A stretch of 64,000 nucleotides of DNA from Vicinamibacterales bacterium (GCA_963850295.1 CAWKKU010000001.1:29993-93992), one strand, 5' to 3'; positions 37,867 to 48,043 are shown, numbered from the stretch's first letter. Numbers and translations are program-made. Notes: generated by a model from the letters alone, not told the origin.

Positions 37867-39627
37867 TCATCGCACCCAGAAGTCGATTTCCCGTTTCGAC
37901 GCGCCTTTCAGGTGGCCCTTTTGCCAATCGGCTGTTTCCGCGAGCGCGCTGAACGGCTTTCGCTTCTGCCGCTGCATCTGGTCCACATACGCCAGCCAGC
38001 GATAGTGTTTGTAGACGCTGAGAATGTGAATCGCGTACTCGAGCGCGAGCTCGGTGTTGTCGCGGACGATGACGAAGTTCTCGTCGTTTTTCGTGCTGGC
38101 CGAGCCAGAAAAGTTGTGGCTGCCGGTAATCACGACCGGCTTGGTGAACGGATCGACCACGATCACTTTCGAGTGCACGATGGCGAACCCGATGACGCCG
38201 CCCTGCATGGTGAGAAAGTCCTTGCGGGTCACGGTCGCCGCCCAGGAGGCAAATGGCGACTTGACGCCCTGCGGCTGCACGACGTCCAGGTCGAGCCGGC
38301 GCTTGACGGCATCGCCGACCATGGCCACCTTCACCTCTTCCTCGTCTTCCACCTCATCGGGCGGCAGGGTGCTGACCACGCCTTTGACGTAGAGCTTTCC
38401 CGGCGTATCCATTCGCTTCCGGATCGATTTCAGGGTCTTGGCGCCGCCCGGCTGAAACATCAGGAACAGCACCCCTTCTTTCGCGCCGTTCACCACTTCA
38501 TCGAGCGCCTTGAGATCGACCTCCTTGCGGGCCCGCGTGAACCAGATTTCCGCTTTCCCTGTCGCCAGGCTCACCTTTTTCGGCGAGCCGTTCGACGTGA
38601 CCAGATTGTCGGGGAACGCGCTTTTCGAGTCGCGCAGCAGCTTCCACTGCTCGAAGTATTTGGCCGCAAACGCCTCGTTCTTCACGAACAGGCCGTTATT
38701 GGTCTGCGTGCACAACCCTGTCTTCGTCCAGTTCGTGCTGCCCGTCCATACGGCTACCGGCTTGGGCGGTTCGCTGCCGGTGGTCAGCACGAGGAATTTG
38801 TTGTGCCCGAGCGCCCCCGGAGAAGTCATCCGGTCGTGCACCTCGAAATTCTTGTCGCGCAGGGTTTTTCTCGCGGCTGCGTTCTGGTCGCGCTTGCGGG
38901 CGTCCGCGCTCGTCTCCCCCTTTTTCTTCGTGATCGAGCCGTTGGCGAGCACGAGATGCCCTCGAGACTTGAACTTTCCGAGCTCGCCGACGAGCTCGTC
39001 GTCTTCCAATTCGTACAGCGCCCCATAGACGTGCCGCTTTTTCTTGCGCGCATCGGCAAGGATGCGCACGAGGTCGGCACGCAGCACGCCCGAAAGGAAC
39101 CTGCGAATCGGCAGCTCGTGATCGCCGATCGTCTCTTTGAAGTGCTTCAGCGCGTCCTTCAGAGTGGCGAGCCCTTCTTCGACGCGGAGGTTTTCCAGAT
39201 AGCGCGCCATGAACTGCGAGATCACCAGGCCGCGGTTGAATGCCGCGGCAACGTCTTTGCCGGCGTCGCTGGACACTTCCACCCAGGGCGTCCATCCGCT
39301 GCGCTCGGCGATGTTCTGAACCAGCTGTGTGCCGTCGTGCACCATGGGCACGACCCGGTATCTCACGCGATCGCCGGTATCGACCGAATGATCGGCCCAT
39401 GAAAATCTCTGGAACGGCCATTCCGTCGACGGCCGCCCTTCGCCGGACTTCGCGTTGTCTTTCTTGAAGCCAACCCGGTTGTCGAGCACGGTCCGCGCAA
39501 TGGAATCGTCCGGGCGCTTTTCTTCACGCTCGATGGCAAAACCCCAGCAGTCCGGGAGCGCCGTATCGATTCTCCAGAAAATGACGACATCGTCGCAGTT
39601 GGCAGTGGCGGAAATTCGAACGGGCAT
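37867..39627 (-). CDS. Phospholipase D-like (two HxK motifs) protein with N-terminal FN3-like domain
   Basis: HNKFLVL...WTGSTNWT and HSKVIVVD...TGSHNFS...NDEN; start taken as MPVRISATANCDD with RBS GGAGG. Confidence 0.88.
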   Translation of the reverse strand: MPVRISATANCDDVVIFWRIDTALPDCWGFAIEREEKRPDDSIARTVLDNRVGFKKDNAKSGEGRPSTEWPFQRFSWADHSVDTGDRVRYRVVPMVHDGTQLVQNIAERSGWTPWVEVSSDAGKDVAAAFNRGLVISQFMARYLENLRVEEGLATLKDALKHFKETIGDHELPIRRFLSGVLRADLVRILADARKKKRHVYGALYELEDDELVGELGKFKSRGHLVLANGSITKKKGETSADARKRDQNAAARKTLRDKNFEVHDRMTSPGALGHNKFLVLTTGSEPPKPVAVWTGSTNWTKTGLCTQTNNGLFVKNEAFAAKYFEQWKLLRDSKSAFPDNLVTSNGSPKKVSLATGKAEIWFTRARKEVDLKALDEVVNGAKEGVLFLMFQPGGAKTLKSIRKRMDTPGKLYVKGVVSTLPPDEVEDEEEVKVAMVGDAVKRRLDLDVVQPQGVKSPFASWAATVTRKDFLTMQGGVIGFAIVHSKVIVVDPFTKPVVITGSHNFSGSASTKNDENFVIVRDNTELALEYAIHILSVYKHYRWLAYVDQMQRQKRKPFSALAETADWQKGHLKGASKREIDFWVR

Positions 39628-39670
39628 CGGTTCCTCCGGATCGAGAGAACGTGCGCGGTATGATGGATGA

Positions 39671-40075
39671 ATGCCGCAAATCCGGCCGTGGTGTTCGGTC
39701 GTTGCACTGCTGCTGATCGCCGCCTGCGCCGGTGTCAACACCGGGCCCGCCCCCCAGATGGAAATCGAGCTCGACGCGTTCAGCGGCCGCCCCAATCCGA
39801 AATGGCTGGCTTCTCCGGAACACGCCGCATCGTTGTCGCGAGCGCTGTCGTCGCTGCCGGAAGCCCCGAGCCAACCGGAACCGAGCCACCTCGGCTATCG
39901 CGGGTTTATCATCCGTTACGAGAGCCAGCAGGCGCGAGTGTACCGCGGCCACCTCGTTGTCACGGCTGCGGGCACCACGCGCACGTTCGCTGACTCGGCT
40001 CGCATCGAGGAGCAACTGATCGCCGCTGCCAGCCAGCGGGGATTCGGCGACATCGTCACCGCCCTCCAAAGGTAA
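39671..40075 (+). CDS. Small hypothetical lipoprotein
   Basis: Lipobox LIAAC; motifs ELDAFSGRPNPKW and LGYRGFII. Confidence 0.7.
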   Translation: MPQIRPWCSVVALLLIAACAGVNTGPAPQMEIELDAFSGRPNPKWLASPEHAASLSRALSSLPEAPSQPEPSHLGYRGFIIRYESQQARVYRGHLVVTAAGTTRTFADSARIEEQLIAAASQRGFGDIVTALQR

Positions 40076-40094
40076 TAACGACGCAATTGGAATT

Positions 40095-41684
40095 GTGAAC
40101 GCGCGACCTCCCTCCACGCCTCTCGTGCGGCCCCAGCGGGAAGGCCCCGCGGCCGCGACCAGCCGGGGCACCGCGGGGCTCTCGTCCGACCTCCTGGTCG
40201 AATCGGCCAGAAGGCTGCGGGTCCTCGCCTTGCTCTACGCGTTTACGTTTTTCATGGCAGGGTTCTTTCCGGCGCTGCTCTTCCCCGAAGATCGCGCTCA
40301 GTTGTTCCGAGTCCCCTCAAACTGGGTTCCCGGTGTCGTCTCGATTGCGATGGCGTTTCTGGTCTGGGCGTTCACTATGACCAGGCGCGTGCGTTTATCA
40401 ATCGTGATGAATGTGGGCCTTGCCTTCGAAATCGTGAGCAGCTATGGAATCGCCATGGCTGAATATCTCGAGCCGACCCGGCTGAACATCAACGGCTGGA
40501 TCGGGTTGTCGTGGGTCGCTGTCTGGACGCTGCTCTTCAGCGTCGTGATCCCGACCCGTCCGCGCAAGGCCCTGCTGGTGACGCTGGCCTCGGTAAGCGC
40601 CGTTCCCGTGGTCATCGGTTTCATGATCCTCACGCGAAGGACGACCTTCCAGCCGAACTTCGCGATGTTCTTCTTCTGGATCGTCTTTCCGTATCTGCTG
40701 ACGACGATCATGTCGTACGTGGGCGCGCGCGTCGTGTATACCCTCGGCAAGGCCGTCACCGAAGCGCGAGAGCTCGGCAGCTACCGGCTGGTGGAACGTC
40801 TTGGCGCGGGCGGCATGGGCGAGGTCTGGCGCGCGCAACACCGGCTGCTCGCCCGTCCGGCGGCCATCAAGCTCATCCGCGTGTCGGAGTCGGCAGACAC
40901 CGCCAGTTCCGAGGATGCCATTCGGCGCTTCGAGCGCGAGGCGCAGGTGACCGCGGCTCTCTCTTCGCCACATACCGTTCAGCTGTTCGACTTCGGCGTG
41001 GCCGAAGACGGAAGCTTTTATTACGTCATGGAGCTGCTGGAAGGGCTGGATTTGGAGACGCTCGTTCGACGGCATGGTCCGCTGCAGGCCGAACGCGCGA
41101 TCTACCTGATGCGGCAGGTGTGCCACTCGCTGGCGGAAGCGGAGTCACACGGATTGGTCCATCGCGATATCAAGCCCGCCAACCTCTTCGTGTGCCAGTA
41201 CGGAGGCGAATACGATTTCGTGAAGGTGCTCGATTTCGGAATTGCCAAGGCCACGCATCACATGATGGAGACGGGGACCCTGGGCCTTACCAGAGACAAC
41301 GTGCTGCACGGTACCCCGGCCTACATCGCGCCGGAGCAGGCGCTGGGCGGAGCGCCGATCGACGGACGCGCAGACATTTACGCCGTTGGATGCGTCTTGT
41401 ACTTTCTTCTCACGGGACAGCTCGTGTTTTCCGGCGACACGCCCATGGCGCTCGTCGTGCACCATGCCTACACTGCACCGACGCCGCCGTCTATCCGGTC
41501 GGAATTGCCGATTTCCGCGGCGCTCGATCGTCTTGTCCTCGACTGCCTTGCCAAACAGCCCGCCGACAGGCCGCAGTCGGCGAAAGAGCTCTCACGACGG
41601 CTTGCCGAAGCAGACCACTTTCAGCCGTGGAGCGATGACCACGCTCGCAGATGGTGGGAGACCCATCAGCCCGCCAACGTCTGA
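40095..41684 (+). CDS. Hanks-type Ser/Thr protein kinase with N-terminal multi-TM region
   Basis: LGAGGMGEVW, AAIK, RFEREA, HRDIKPAN, DFGIAK, GTPAYIAPE, DIYAVG. Confidence 0.93.
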   Translation: MNARPPSTPLVRPQREGPAAATSRGTAGLSSDLLVESARRLRVLALLYAFTFFMAGFFPALLFPEDRAQLFRVPSNWVPGVVSIAMAFLVWAFTMTRRVRLSIVMNVGLAFEIVSSYGIAMAEYLEPTRLNINGWIGLSWVAVWTLLFSVVIPTRPRKALLVTLASVSAVPVVIGFMILTRRTTFQPNFAMFFFWIVFPYLLTTIMSYVGARVVYTLGKAVTEARELGSYRLVERLGAGGMGEVWRAQHRLLARPAAIKLIRVSESADTASSEDAIRRFEREAQVTAALSSPHTVQLFDFGVAEDGSFYYVMELLEGLDLETLVRRHGPLQAERAIYLMRQVCHSLAEAESHGLVHRDIKPANLFVCQYGGEYDFVKVLDFGIAKATHHMMETGTLGLTRDNVLHGTPAYIAPEQALGGAPIDGRADIYAVGCVLYFLLTGQLVFSGDTPMALVVHHAYTAPTPPSIRSELPISAALDRLVLDCLAKQPADRPQSAKELSRRLAEADHFQPWSDDHARRWWETHQPANV

Positions 41685-41719
41685 TCCGGATTTTTGAAAC
41701 CAGGTTTCAGCCTTTTGTG

Positions 41720-41748
41720 TTGACACCAGCTGTTGGATCACCTATTAA
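41720..41748 (+). promoter_or_regulatory. Sigma-70-like promoter for the TonB receptor gene
   Basis: TTGACA-N17-TATTAA, about 45 bp upstream of the ATG. Confidence 0.6.
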
Positions 41749-41791
41749 CGTAGCCCCCGGATATATCCGTTCCCACATGGAGGGCTGCAAC

Positions 41792-44700
41792 ATGAGTCTG
41801 CGGTTGTTCCTCGGCGTGTTCCTTCTCGCAAGCATCGCGTTTCCGGTATTCGCACAGACACCCTCTGGTGAAATCAGCGGCGTTGTCACCGACTCCAGCG
41901 ATTCGGTGCTTCCAGGCGTCCGCGTCACCCTGACCAATATCGCCACCAATGCGGTCCGACTGACGCAAACGAACGAGGCGGGCGTGTATGTGTTTCCCGC
42001 GCTTCAGCCCGGGACCTATACCCTGAAGGTCGAGCTCGAAGGGTTCTCCACCGCCGAGCGCTCGGGCATCGGAGTACAGGTTGGCAGCGCCTACCGGTTT
42101 CCGTTTTCGCTCTCCATCGGCACGCTGACCGACGTTGTGTCGGTCGTCGCCGACACCCCGGTGATCCAGACGCAGAACGCGTCGATCGGCACTGTCATCG
42201 AAAACCGCAGCATCGTCGAGCTGCCCCTCAACGGCCGCAACTATCTTCAGCTCGCGTCACTCATACCGGGCGCCACGACCAACGGTCCGGCGTCGGCCCA
42301 GGGGCAGCAGCGGATGGGCGGCCAGCGCAACAGCTTCTCGCTGAACGTCGCCGGCCAGCGGATCCACTTCAACCACTACTCGCTCGACGGCGTCGAGAAC
42401 ACCGACCTCAACTTCAACAGCTACATGCTGCTGCCGTCGGTCGACGCGCTCGAGGAGTTCAAAGTCGAATCGGGCATCTTCGGAGCGGAGTTCGGACGCG
42501 CTGTCGCGCAAATCAACGCCAGCACGAAGTCGGGTACGAACGCTTTCCACGGAACCGTCTTCGAGTTCGTGCGCAACGCGAAGATGGACGCGAAGAACTT
42601 CTTCGACCCGCAAGATAGACCGATTCCGCCTTTTACGCGCAACCAGTACGGGACGACAGTCGGCGGGCCGGTGATCAGCAATAAGTTGTTCTTCATGTTC
42701 AACTGGGAAGGCCTTCGCGAGAAGAAGTCGCTCACCTCGAACGCGTCGTTGCCGCTGACTGCCTGGCGCACGGGCGATTTCTCGAACCTGCGCGACGCAA
42801 GCGGAAATTTGATCGTGATCTACGATCCCGCGACGGCGGTGTTCGACACGGCCGGGAACGTCGTCCGCGCGCCGACGCCGTTCCCGGACAACAAGATTCC
42901 CGCCAGTCGCATCCACCCCGCGTCAAGGAAGCTGACCGAGTACTATCCGATTCCGGAACAGGAGCGGACCGGCACGAACTTCGTCAACAACGAAGCGCGC
43001 AAGGTCGACTCCGACCAGTACACGTATCGGCTCGATTACACACAGAGCTCGACGATGAACTGGTTCTTCCGGCATAGCATCTCGCACGAGCTCGGCTACG
43101 ATCCCTTCGCGATTCCCAACATGGGAAGCAACACCGATACCGACGTCAACCAGATGGTGCTCGGCATCACGCAGACCATCGGCGCGAACAAGCTGAACGA
43201 CATCCGGGTCGGATACGGGCAGCTGAAAAACGCGCACATCTCGCCGCGCGCGAATGTGGAAAACGTCGTCAAGGAGCTCGGCATCAACATCCCGAGCGAC
43301 AACCCGCTCTATTGGGGCGTGCCGAACATCGGCGTCACCGCGCTCTCCGGTCTGGGCGAGGAGAGCGACGCCCCGTTCATCAACGACGACAAGACGATTC
43401 AGTTCGTCGACAATTTCTCGTGGATTCTCGGCAACCACTCGGTCAAGTTCGGCGGCGAGCTCCGGCGCGTCATTTACGACCAGATCGGCGGCGTCGTCAC
43501 GCGCGGCAGGTTCAACTTCGACGGCCGCTACACGCGGCAGCCGCTGCTGCCCGCGGCGCAACGTGGGGGGGCGCCGTTCGCGGACTTCCTGCTCGGGCAC
43601 TTCAACAACGCCGAGTCTCAGGTTGGCGCGCCGATCGCCGATTTCCGATCGAATTACTACGCGCTCTACATCCAGGACAACTGGAAAGTCACACCCAACC
43701 TCACTCTCGACTACGGTCTGCGGTGGGAATACGACCAGCCGTTCACCGACAAGGACGACAAGATCGTCAACATCGACTTCAACTGGGACAACAGTTACTT
43801 CCCGGTGTTCGTGCGGACGGGCGAGGGCGATCCATATGAAGGCAACCCGCCGTTCCAGCTCGCCTCGAACATTCCCTACGTCCGCGACGGCCGCTTCGGT
43901 CGCGGCGCCTACAAGCCCGATTACAACGATTTCGCTCCACGACTAGGCCTGGCGTGGTCGGTCGACCCGAAGACGGTTGTCCGCGCCGGCGCAGGCATTT
44001 ACTACGTGCGCGACATCGGTAACGCCGTGTTCGACATCGTCCGCAACGCGCCGTTCACGATCCGACGCAACGAGCCGGCTGAGACGTTCCGGCCGAACCT
44101 CAGCTTCGAGCAGCCGTTCGCGCGCACCGGATCGCCGACGTTCATCCTCGCGGCCGAATACGACATGCCTTCGTCCTACATCGGCCAGTGGTCGCTCGGA
44201 TTCCAGCGAGAGCTGCCCGGGCAGATATCCGCCGAAGTCACCTACTTCGGATCGACGGGCGTGCACCTTCGCCGCCTCATGACCTACAACAACACCGAGC
44301 CGAGTGCGCTGGCCAACACCAACCTCTCGCGGCCGTTCCCCGATCTGGGCGGCGTGCAGTTGATGAGCGCGCCGAGCCACTCGAAGTACAACGCGCTGTA
44401 TCTCAAGATGCAGAAACGGTTCTCGCACGGCATCAGCTTCCTCAGCTCGTTCGCGTACGGGAAATCGATCGACAACGGAAGCGGCGTGCGCACGTCCGTC
44501 GGAGACCCACTCACCCCCTCGAACAATTACGACCTCGAGCTCGAGACCGGCCCGTCGGCGTTCGATTTCCGCAAACGCTGGACGACGTCGTGGATCTGGG
44601 AACTGCCGTTCGGCCAGGACCGCCGCTACATGAATCACGGCGGCGTTGTCGACTTCGTCCTCGGCGGCTGGCAGCTTGGCGGCATCCTGACGCTGCAGGA

Positions 44701-45127
44701 CGGGTTCCCGTTCACGCTGGGTTGCAGCACCGGCACCGTGCAGAACGGTGGCGGCGGATGTTACCCGGATCCCGCGCCTGGCAGCCCGGATTGGCAGTTG
44801 CCGGCGAGCGAGCGCAGCCGGACGCGATACTTCAACACGGCCGCGTTCGTGGATCGCAATCCGGAGTACGGCACGGGCTTCCGCTATGGAACCGTGAAAC
44901 GGAATACGGTCGTGGGACCGGGCATCAAGAGCTTCGACATGTCGCTCAACAAGAACTTCGGGATCGGCAGCGACAACCTGGAGTTCCGCATCGAGGCGTT
45001 CAACCTGTTCAACGTGCCGATCTGGGGCCAGCCGGGAACGCAGCTGGGCACGCCGAATTACGGCGTCATTACCAGCACGCGAATGGACTCGCGCCAGATT
45101 CAGCTGGGGTTGAAGTTCACGTTCTGA
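41792..45127 (+). CDS. Oar-like TonB-dependent outer-membrane receptor with CarboxypepD_reg-like N-terminal domain
   Basis: Signal peptide; LPLNGRNYLQL, TKSGTNAFHG, RNQYG, YIQDNWKV, FAPRLGLAW, C-terminal RQIQLGLKFTF. Confidence 0.95.
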   Translation: MSLRLFLGVFLLASIAFPVFAQTPSGEISGVVTDSSDSVLPGVRVTLTNIATNAVRLTQTNEAGVYVFPALQPGTYTLKVELEGFSTAERSGIGVQVGSAYRFPFSLSIGTLTDVVSVVADTPVIQTQNASIGTVIENRSIVELPLNGRNYLQLASLIPGATTNGPASAQGQQRMGGQRNSFSLNVAGQRIHFNHYSLDGVENTDLNFNSYMLLPSVDALEEFKVESGIFGAEFGRAVAQINASTKSGTNAFHGTVFEFVRNAKMDAKNFFDPQDRPIPPFTRNQYGTTVGGPVISNKLFFMFNWEGLREKKSLTSNASLPLTAWRTGDFSNLRDASGNLIVIYDPATAVFDTAGNVVRAPTPFPDNKIPASRIHPASRKLTEYYPIPEQERTGTNFVNNEARKVDSDQYTYRLDYTQSSTMNWFFRHSISHELGYDPFAIPNMGSNTDTDVNQMVLGITQTIGANKLNDIRVGYGQLKNAHISPRANVENVVKELGINIPSDNPLYWGVPNIGVTALSGLGEESDAPFINDDKTIQFVDNFSWILGNHSVKFGGELRRVIYDQIGGVVTRGRFNFDGRYTRQPLLPAAQRGGAPFADFLLGHFNNAESQVGAPIADFRSNYYALYIQDNWKVTPNLTLDYGLRWEYDQPFTDKDDKIVNIDFNWDNSYFPVFVRTGEGDPYEGNPPFQLASNIPYVRDGRFGRGAYKPDYNDFAPRLGLAWSVDPKTVVRAGAGIYYVRDIGNAVFDIVRNAPFTIRRNEPAETFRPNLSFEQPFARTGSPTFILAAEYDMPSSYIGQWSLGFQRELPGQISAEVTYFGSTGVHLRRLMTYNNTEPSALANTNLSRPFPDLGGVQLMSAPSHSKYNALYLKMQKRFSHGISFLSSFAYGKSIDNGSGVRTSVGDPLTPSNNYDLELETGPSAFDFRKRWTTSWIWELPFGQDRRYMNHGGVVDFVLGGWQLGGILTLQDGFPFTLGCSTGTVQNGGGGCYPDPAPGSPDWQLPASERSRTRYFNTAAFVDRNPEYGTGFRYGTVKRNTVVGPGIKSFDMSLNKNFGIGSDNLEFRIEAFNLFNVPIWGQPGTQLGTPNYGVITSTRMDSRQIQLGLKFTF

Positions 45128-45134
45128 GGATCCG

Positions 45135-45440
45135 ATGCAGCTCGCAGGGCGGCCGATGGAGGAATGGATCGAGCGCTACGGGCACAGCCACACACACCCG
45201 TTCAACCGGATGTGCCACGCGCTCGGCATTCCTCTCATCGCGCTGTCGCTGCCGCTGTTAGCCGTCGCCGCGCTCTGGGGACGGTTCTGGCAAATACCAA
45301 CGGCGATGTTCCTCGCGGGCTGGGTGCTCCAGTTCGCGGGGCACATCGTCGAGGGCAAGCCGCCGGAATTTTTCAAAGACTGGCGGTTCCTGCTGGTCGG
45401 CTTACGGTGGTGGATCGCGAAGGTGCTTCACGCGCGCTGA
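45135..45440 (+). CDS. DUF962/Mpo1-like membrane protein
   Basis: YGHSHTHPFNRMCHALGIP, QFAGHIVEGKPPEF. Confidence 0.85.
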   Translation: MQLAGRPMEEWIERYGHSHTHPFNRMCHALGIPLIALSLPLLAVAALWGRFWQIPTAMFLAGWVLQFAGHIVEGKPPEFFKDWRFLLVGLRWWIAKVLHAR

Positions 45441-45508
45441 GGTTTGACAGCCAGCACGCTCCTGCCGGTTTGAGATATTCAAGGGCTTTCGGTTAGGCTC
45501 ATGCCACC

Positions 45509-46924
45509 ATGATCCCTCCGCACCGGGCGACGATGGCCGCGTGCGTGCTGCTGGGCATGTTCCTCAGCGCGCAGAAGCCGTCCGCGCAACAAGCCACGCT
45601 TGCGGCAAGTGCCGGCCTCAGCGATGCGCTCGAAGGGACGACCCGGCTGGTCACACCCGCGATCGTCCAGATTCTGACGATGTCTTACGCGCCTGGTGAC
45701 GGCGTCGTCCCGCAATCTGCCGACCTCATCTCGACACAACGCGCCTCGGGCTCGGGCGTGATCGTCGATCCTGACGGCTACATCGTCACCAACGCGCATG
45801 TCGTCCGCGGAGCACACCGCCTCCTCGTGGAGATTCCAACAGCATCTTCCGGACGGTCGCTGCTCGCGGCACGAAGCCGCACTGTCAGCGGGCAGGTTGT
45901 CGGCATCGATCTGGAGACCGACCTTGCCGTCGTCCGGATTGACGAACGCAAATTGCCCGCGCTCGTCTTTGCTGACTCCGATCAACTGAACCCCGGACAG
46001 CTCGTGCTGGCGTTCGGAAGCCCGCTCGGTTTGCAGAATTCGGTGTCGCTCGGAGTGGTGAGTGCCATTGCGCGGCAGCTCGAGCCCGAATCGCCGATGG
46101 TGTACGTGCAGACCGACGCGTCGATCAATCCCGGCAGCAGCGGAGGACCGCTGGTCGATGTGCGTGGTCGGATCGTCGGCATCAACACGATGATCACGAC
46201 ACGCGGCGGCGGCAACGAAGGGGTCGGGTTTGCCGCGCCGAGCAACATCGTCCGAACTGTCTACGAGCAGATCCGCAAGTTCGGGCGTGTCCGGCGGGGT
46301 GATATCGGCATTCGCGCGCAATCGATTACACCGACGCTCGCCGCCGGCCTGGGCCTGCCGCAGCAGCGCGGTGTGATCCTCGCCGATGTTCTGCCTGGGA
46401 GTCCCGCGGCGAGAGCAGGCGTTCATCCCGGCGACATCGTCCTCAGTGTTGACGGCAAGGAAATGGAAAACGGGCGGCAGCTTCAAGTGAACCTGTACCG
46501 CAAGGTCGTCGGCGAGGCGGTTGCCCTGGAAATCCTCCGCGATGGTAAGACCGTAATAATGGGGGTGAAGATCGCCGAAAGGTATGACTCCTTCTCGGAC
46601 GACGTGCAGGCCCCGGATCCTCGAGAGAATCTCGTGTCGCGTTTGGGGATTCTCGCGATGACGCTCAACGGCGACGTCGCGCGAATGATCCCGGTGCTGC
46701 GAGTGAAGTCGGGGGTCGTCGTCGCCTCGAGCATCGCCGGTGCGATTGATGCCAGGGAAGGCAAACTGGCCGTCGGCGACGTCATCTTCGGCGTCAACGG
46801 GAAGCCTGTGGAAAGCATCGCCGAGCTGCGCACTGCGCTCGACCCACTCAAACCCGGCGCCGCCGTCGTCCTGCACATCGAGCGCCGCGGTGAACTCATG
46901 TATCTCGCCTTCACCGTCGACTGA
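45509..46924 (+). CDS. HtrA/DegP-like serine protease with two PDZ domains
   Basis: GSGVIV, TNAHVV, TDLAV, QTDASINPGSSGGPL. Confidence 0.92.
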   Translation: MIPPHRATMAACVLLGMFLSAQKPSAQQATLAASAGLSDALEGTTRLVTPAIVQILTMSYAPGDGVVPQSADLISTQRASGSGVIVDPDGYIVTNAHVVRGAHRLLVEIPTASSGRSLLAARSRTVSGQVVGIDLETDLAVVRIDERKLPALVFADSDQLNPGQLVLAFGSPLGLQNSVSLGVVSAIARQLEPESPMVYVQTDASINPGSSGGPLVDVRGRIVGINTMITTRGGGNEGVGFAAPSNIVRTVYEQIRKFGRVRRGDIGIRAQSITPTLAAGLGLPQQRGVILADVLPGSPAARAGVHPGDIVLSVDGKEMENGRQLQVNLYRKVVGEAVALEILRDGKTVIMGVKIAERYDSFSDDVQAPDPRENLVSRLGILAMTLNGDVARMIPVLRVKSGVVVASSIAGAIDAREGKLAVGDVIFGVNGKPVESIAELRTALDPLKPGAAVVLHIERRGELMYLAFTVD

Positions 46925-46930
46925 AACGCG

Positions 46931-46980
46931 GAAATTCGGGGTCGGGTGTCATTTAAAAATGACACCCGACCCCGAATTTC
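46931..46980. repeat. REP-like palindrome, copy 3 (between convergent genes)
   Basis: GAAATTCGGGGTCGGGTGTCATTT-AA-AAATGACACCCGACCCCGAATTTC. Confidence 0.9.
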
Positions 46981-46998
46981 AGCGCTGGGGGGTTCCGA

Positions 46999-47967
46999 TC
47001 AGAACCGGTAGAGCCGTGCCGGATTGTCGACGAGGATCAACCGGCGCACGGCAGCGTCGGGCACCCACACGGGCAGCAGGTTAATCATCGTTCCGTCGTC
47101 GATCTGACGATGGTGCGCGAGGTCGGTTGATGTCCGTCCGGGCACCGAGCCGGCACTGGGATGGGGCCAGGCGGTTCCCCAAAGCACCCGCTCCGGATTG
47201 GCCGCAACAATCGCTTGCGCGAACGGAACGACGTCGGAGAGATCCGGCTTTGTCGAGATCGTATCGGCGTTGGAAATCTTGATGTAGGCTCCCGCTTTCA
47301 CCAGGCTGAGCACGGTTCCAAACCCCGGCTGATTGACGCCGGCGGCCGCGGAAACTCCACCGAAATGATCGATCACCAGAGGCACGGGCAGCGTCGCGAG
47401 TTGGTCGCGGAGCGCCTCGAACGTGCCCGGCTGCGCGGAGAGCTGTATGTGCCACTTCCGTTTCTGCACGCGCGCCAGTCCGGCCAGTAAACGTTGCCGC
47501 GCTGCCGCGGGGTCGTTTACCCCCAGCCCCCCGAGATTGAGGCGGATGCCGCACACGCCTCCGCGGTCCATCTCGTCCATGGATGCTTCGGCCGTGTGTT
47601 CGTCGATCATCGCAACGCCGCGCGCGCGATTCCCCAGCGCGCGGATGCTCTCGACGACGCAGGAGTTGTCTGTGCCATACGGAGTCGCCTGGACGATGAC
47701 GACGCGATCGAGCCGAAGCGTCTGCTGAAGCTGCCGAAGCTCTTCGACGGTCGCGGTCTCGGGTGTGTAAGTGCGCCCGGACCACAACGGGAAGCGTTTC
47801 GGGTCCTCATAGACGTGCACCGCGCAATCGCAGGCGCCGGCGGGGACGTCGAAGTTCACCTTTGTGCGAGGTTGCGGCCCTGCCGCCATCACATCGCTGC
47901 TGCGGCTGAGGATTGTCGAGGCGGCCGCGGCAACACCACCGGCCAGCACTTCGCGGCGTGAAAGCAT
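46999..47967 (-). CDS. Tat-exported amidohydrolase (LigI/2-pyrone-4,6-dicarboxylate lactonase-like)
   Basis: SRREVL Tat motif; VIVQATPYGTDN, IDHFG, LWGTAWPHP, LVDNPARLY. Confidence 0.85.
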   Translation of the reverse strand: MLSRREVLAGGVAAAASTILSRSSDVMAAGPQPRTKVNFDVPAGACDCAVHVYEDPKRFPLWSGRTYTPETATVEELRQLQQTLRLDRVVIVQATPYGTDNSCVVESIRALGNRARGVAMIDEHTAEASMDEMDRGGVCGIRLNLGGLGVNDPAAARQRLLAGLARVQKRKWHIQLSAQPGTFEALRDQLATLPVPLVIDHFGGVSAAAGVNQPGFGTVLSLVKAGAYIKISNADTISTKPDLSDVVPFAQAIVAANPERVLWGTAWPHPSAGSVPGRTSTDLAHHRQIDDGTMINLLPVWVPDAAVRRLILVDNPARLYRF

Positions 47968-47997
47968 GACTGGAGTGTAACGCCAAATCCGTGAGCT

Positions 47998-48043
47998 GGG
48001 GATTAGGGATTGGGAATTGGCGATTCGAGATTAGCGATTAGCC
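47998..48043. repeat. Degenerate (NGGGATT) heptamer repeat overlapping the SdpI stop
   Basis: ggggatt agggatt gggaatt ggcgatt cgagatt agcgatt agcc. Confidence 0.75.

Noticed and set aside
45444-45480. TTGACA upstream of the HtrA gene as a sigma-70 promoter
   Set aside because: No acceptable -10 hexamer at 16-18 bp spacing.
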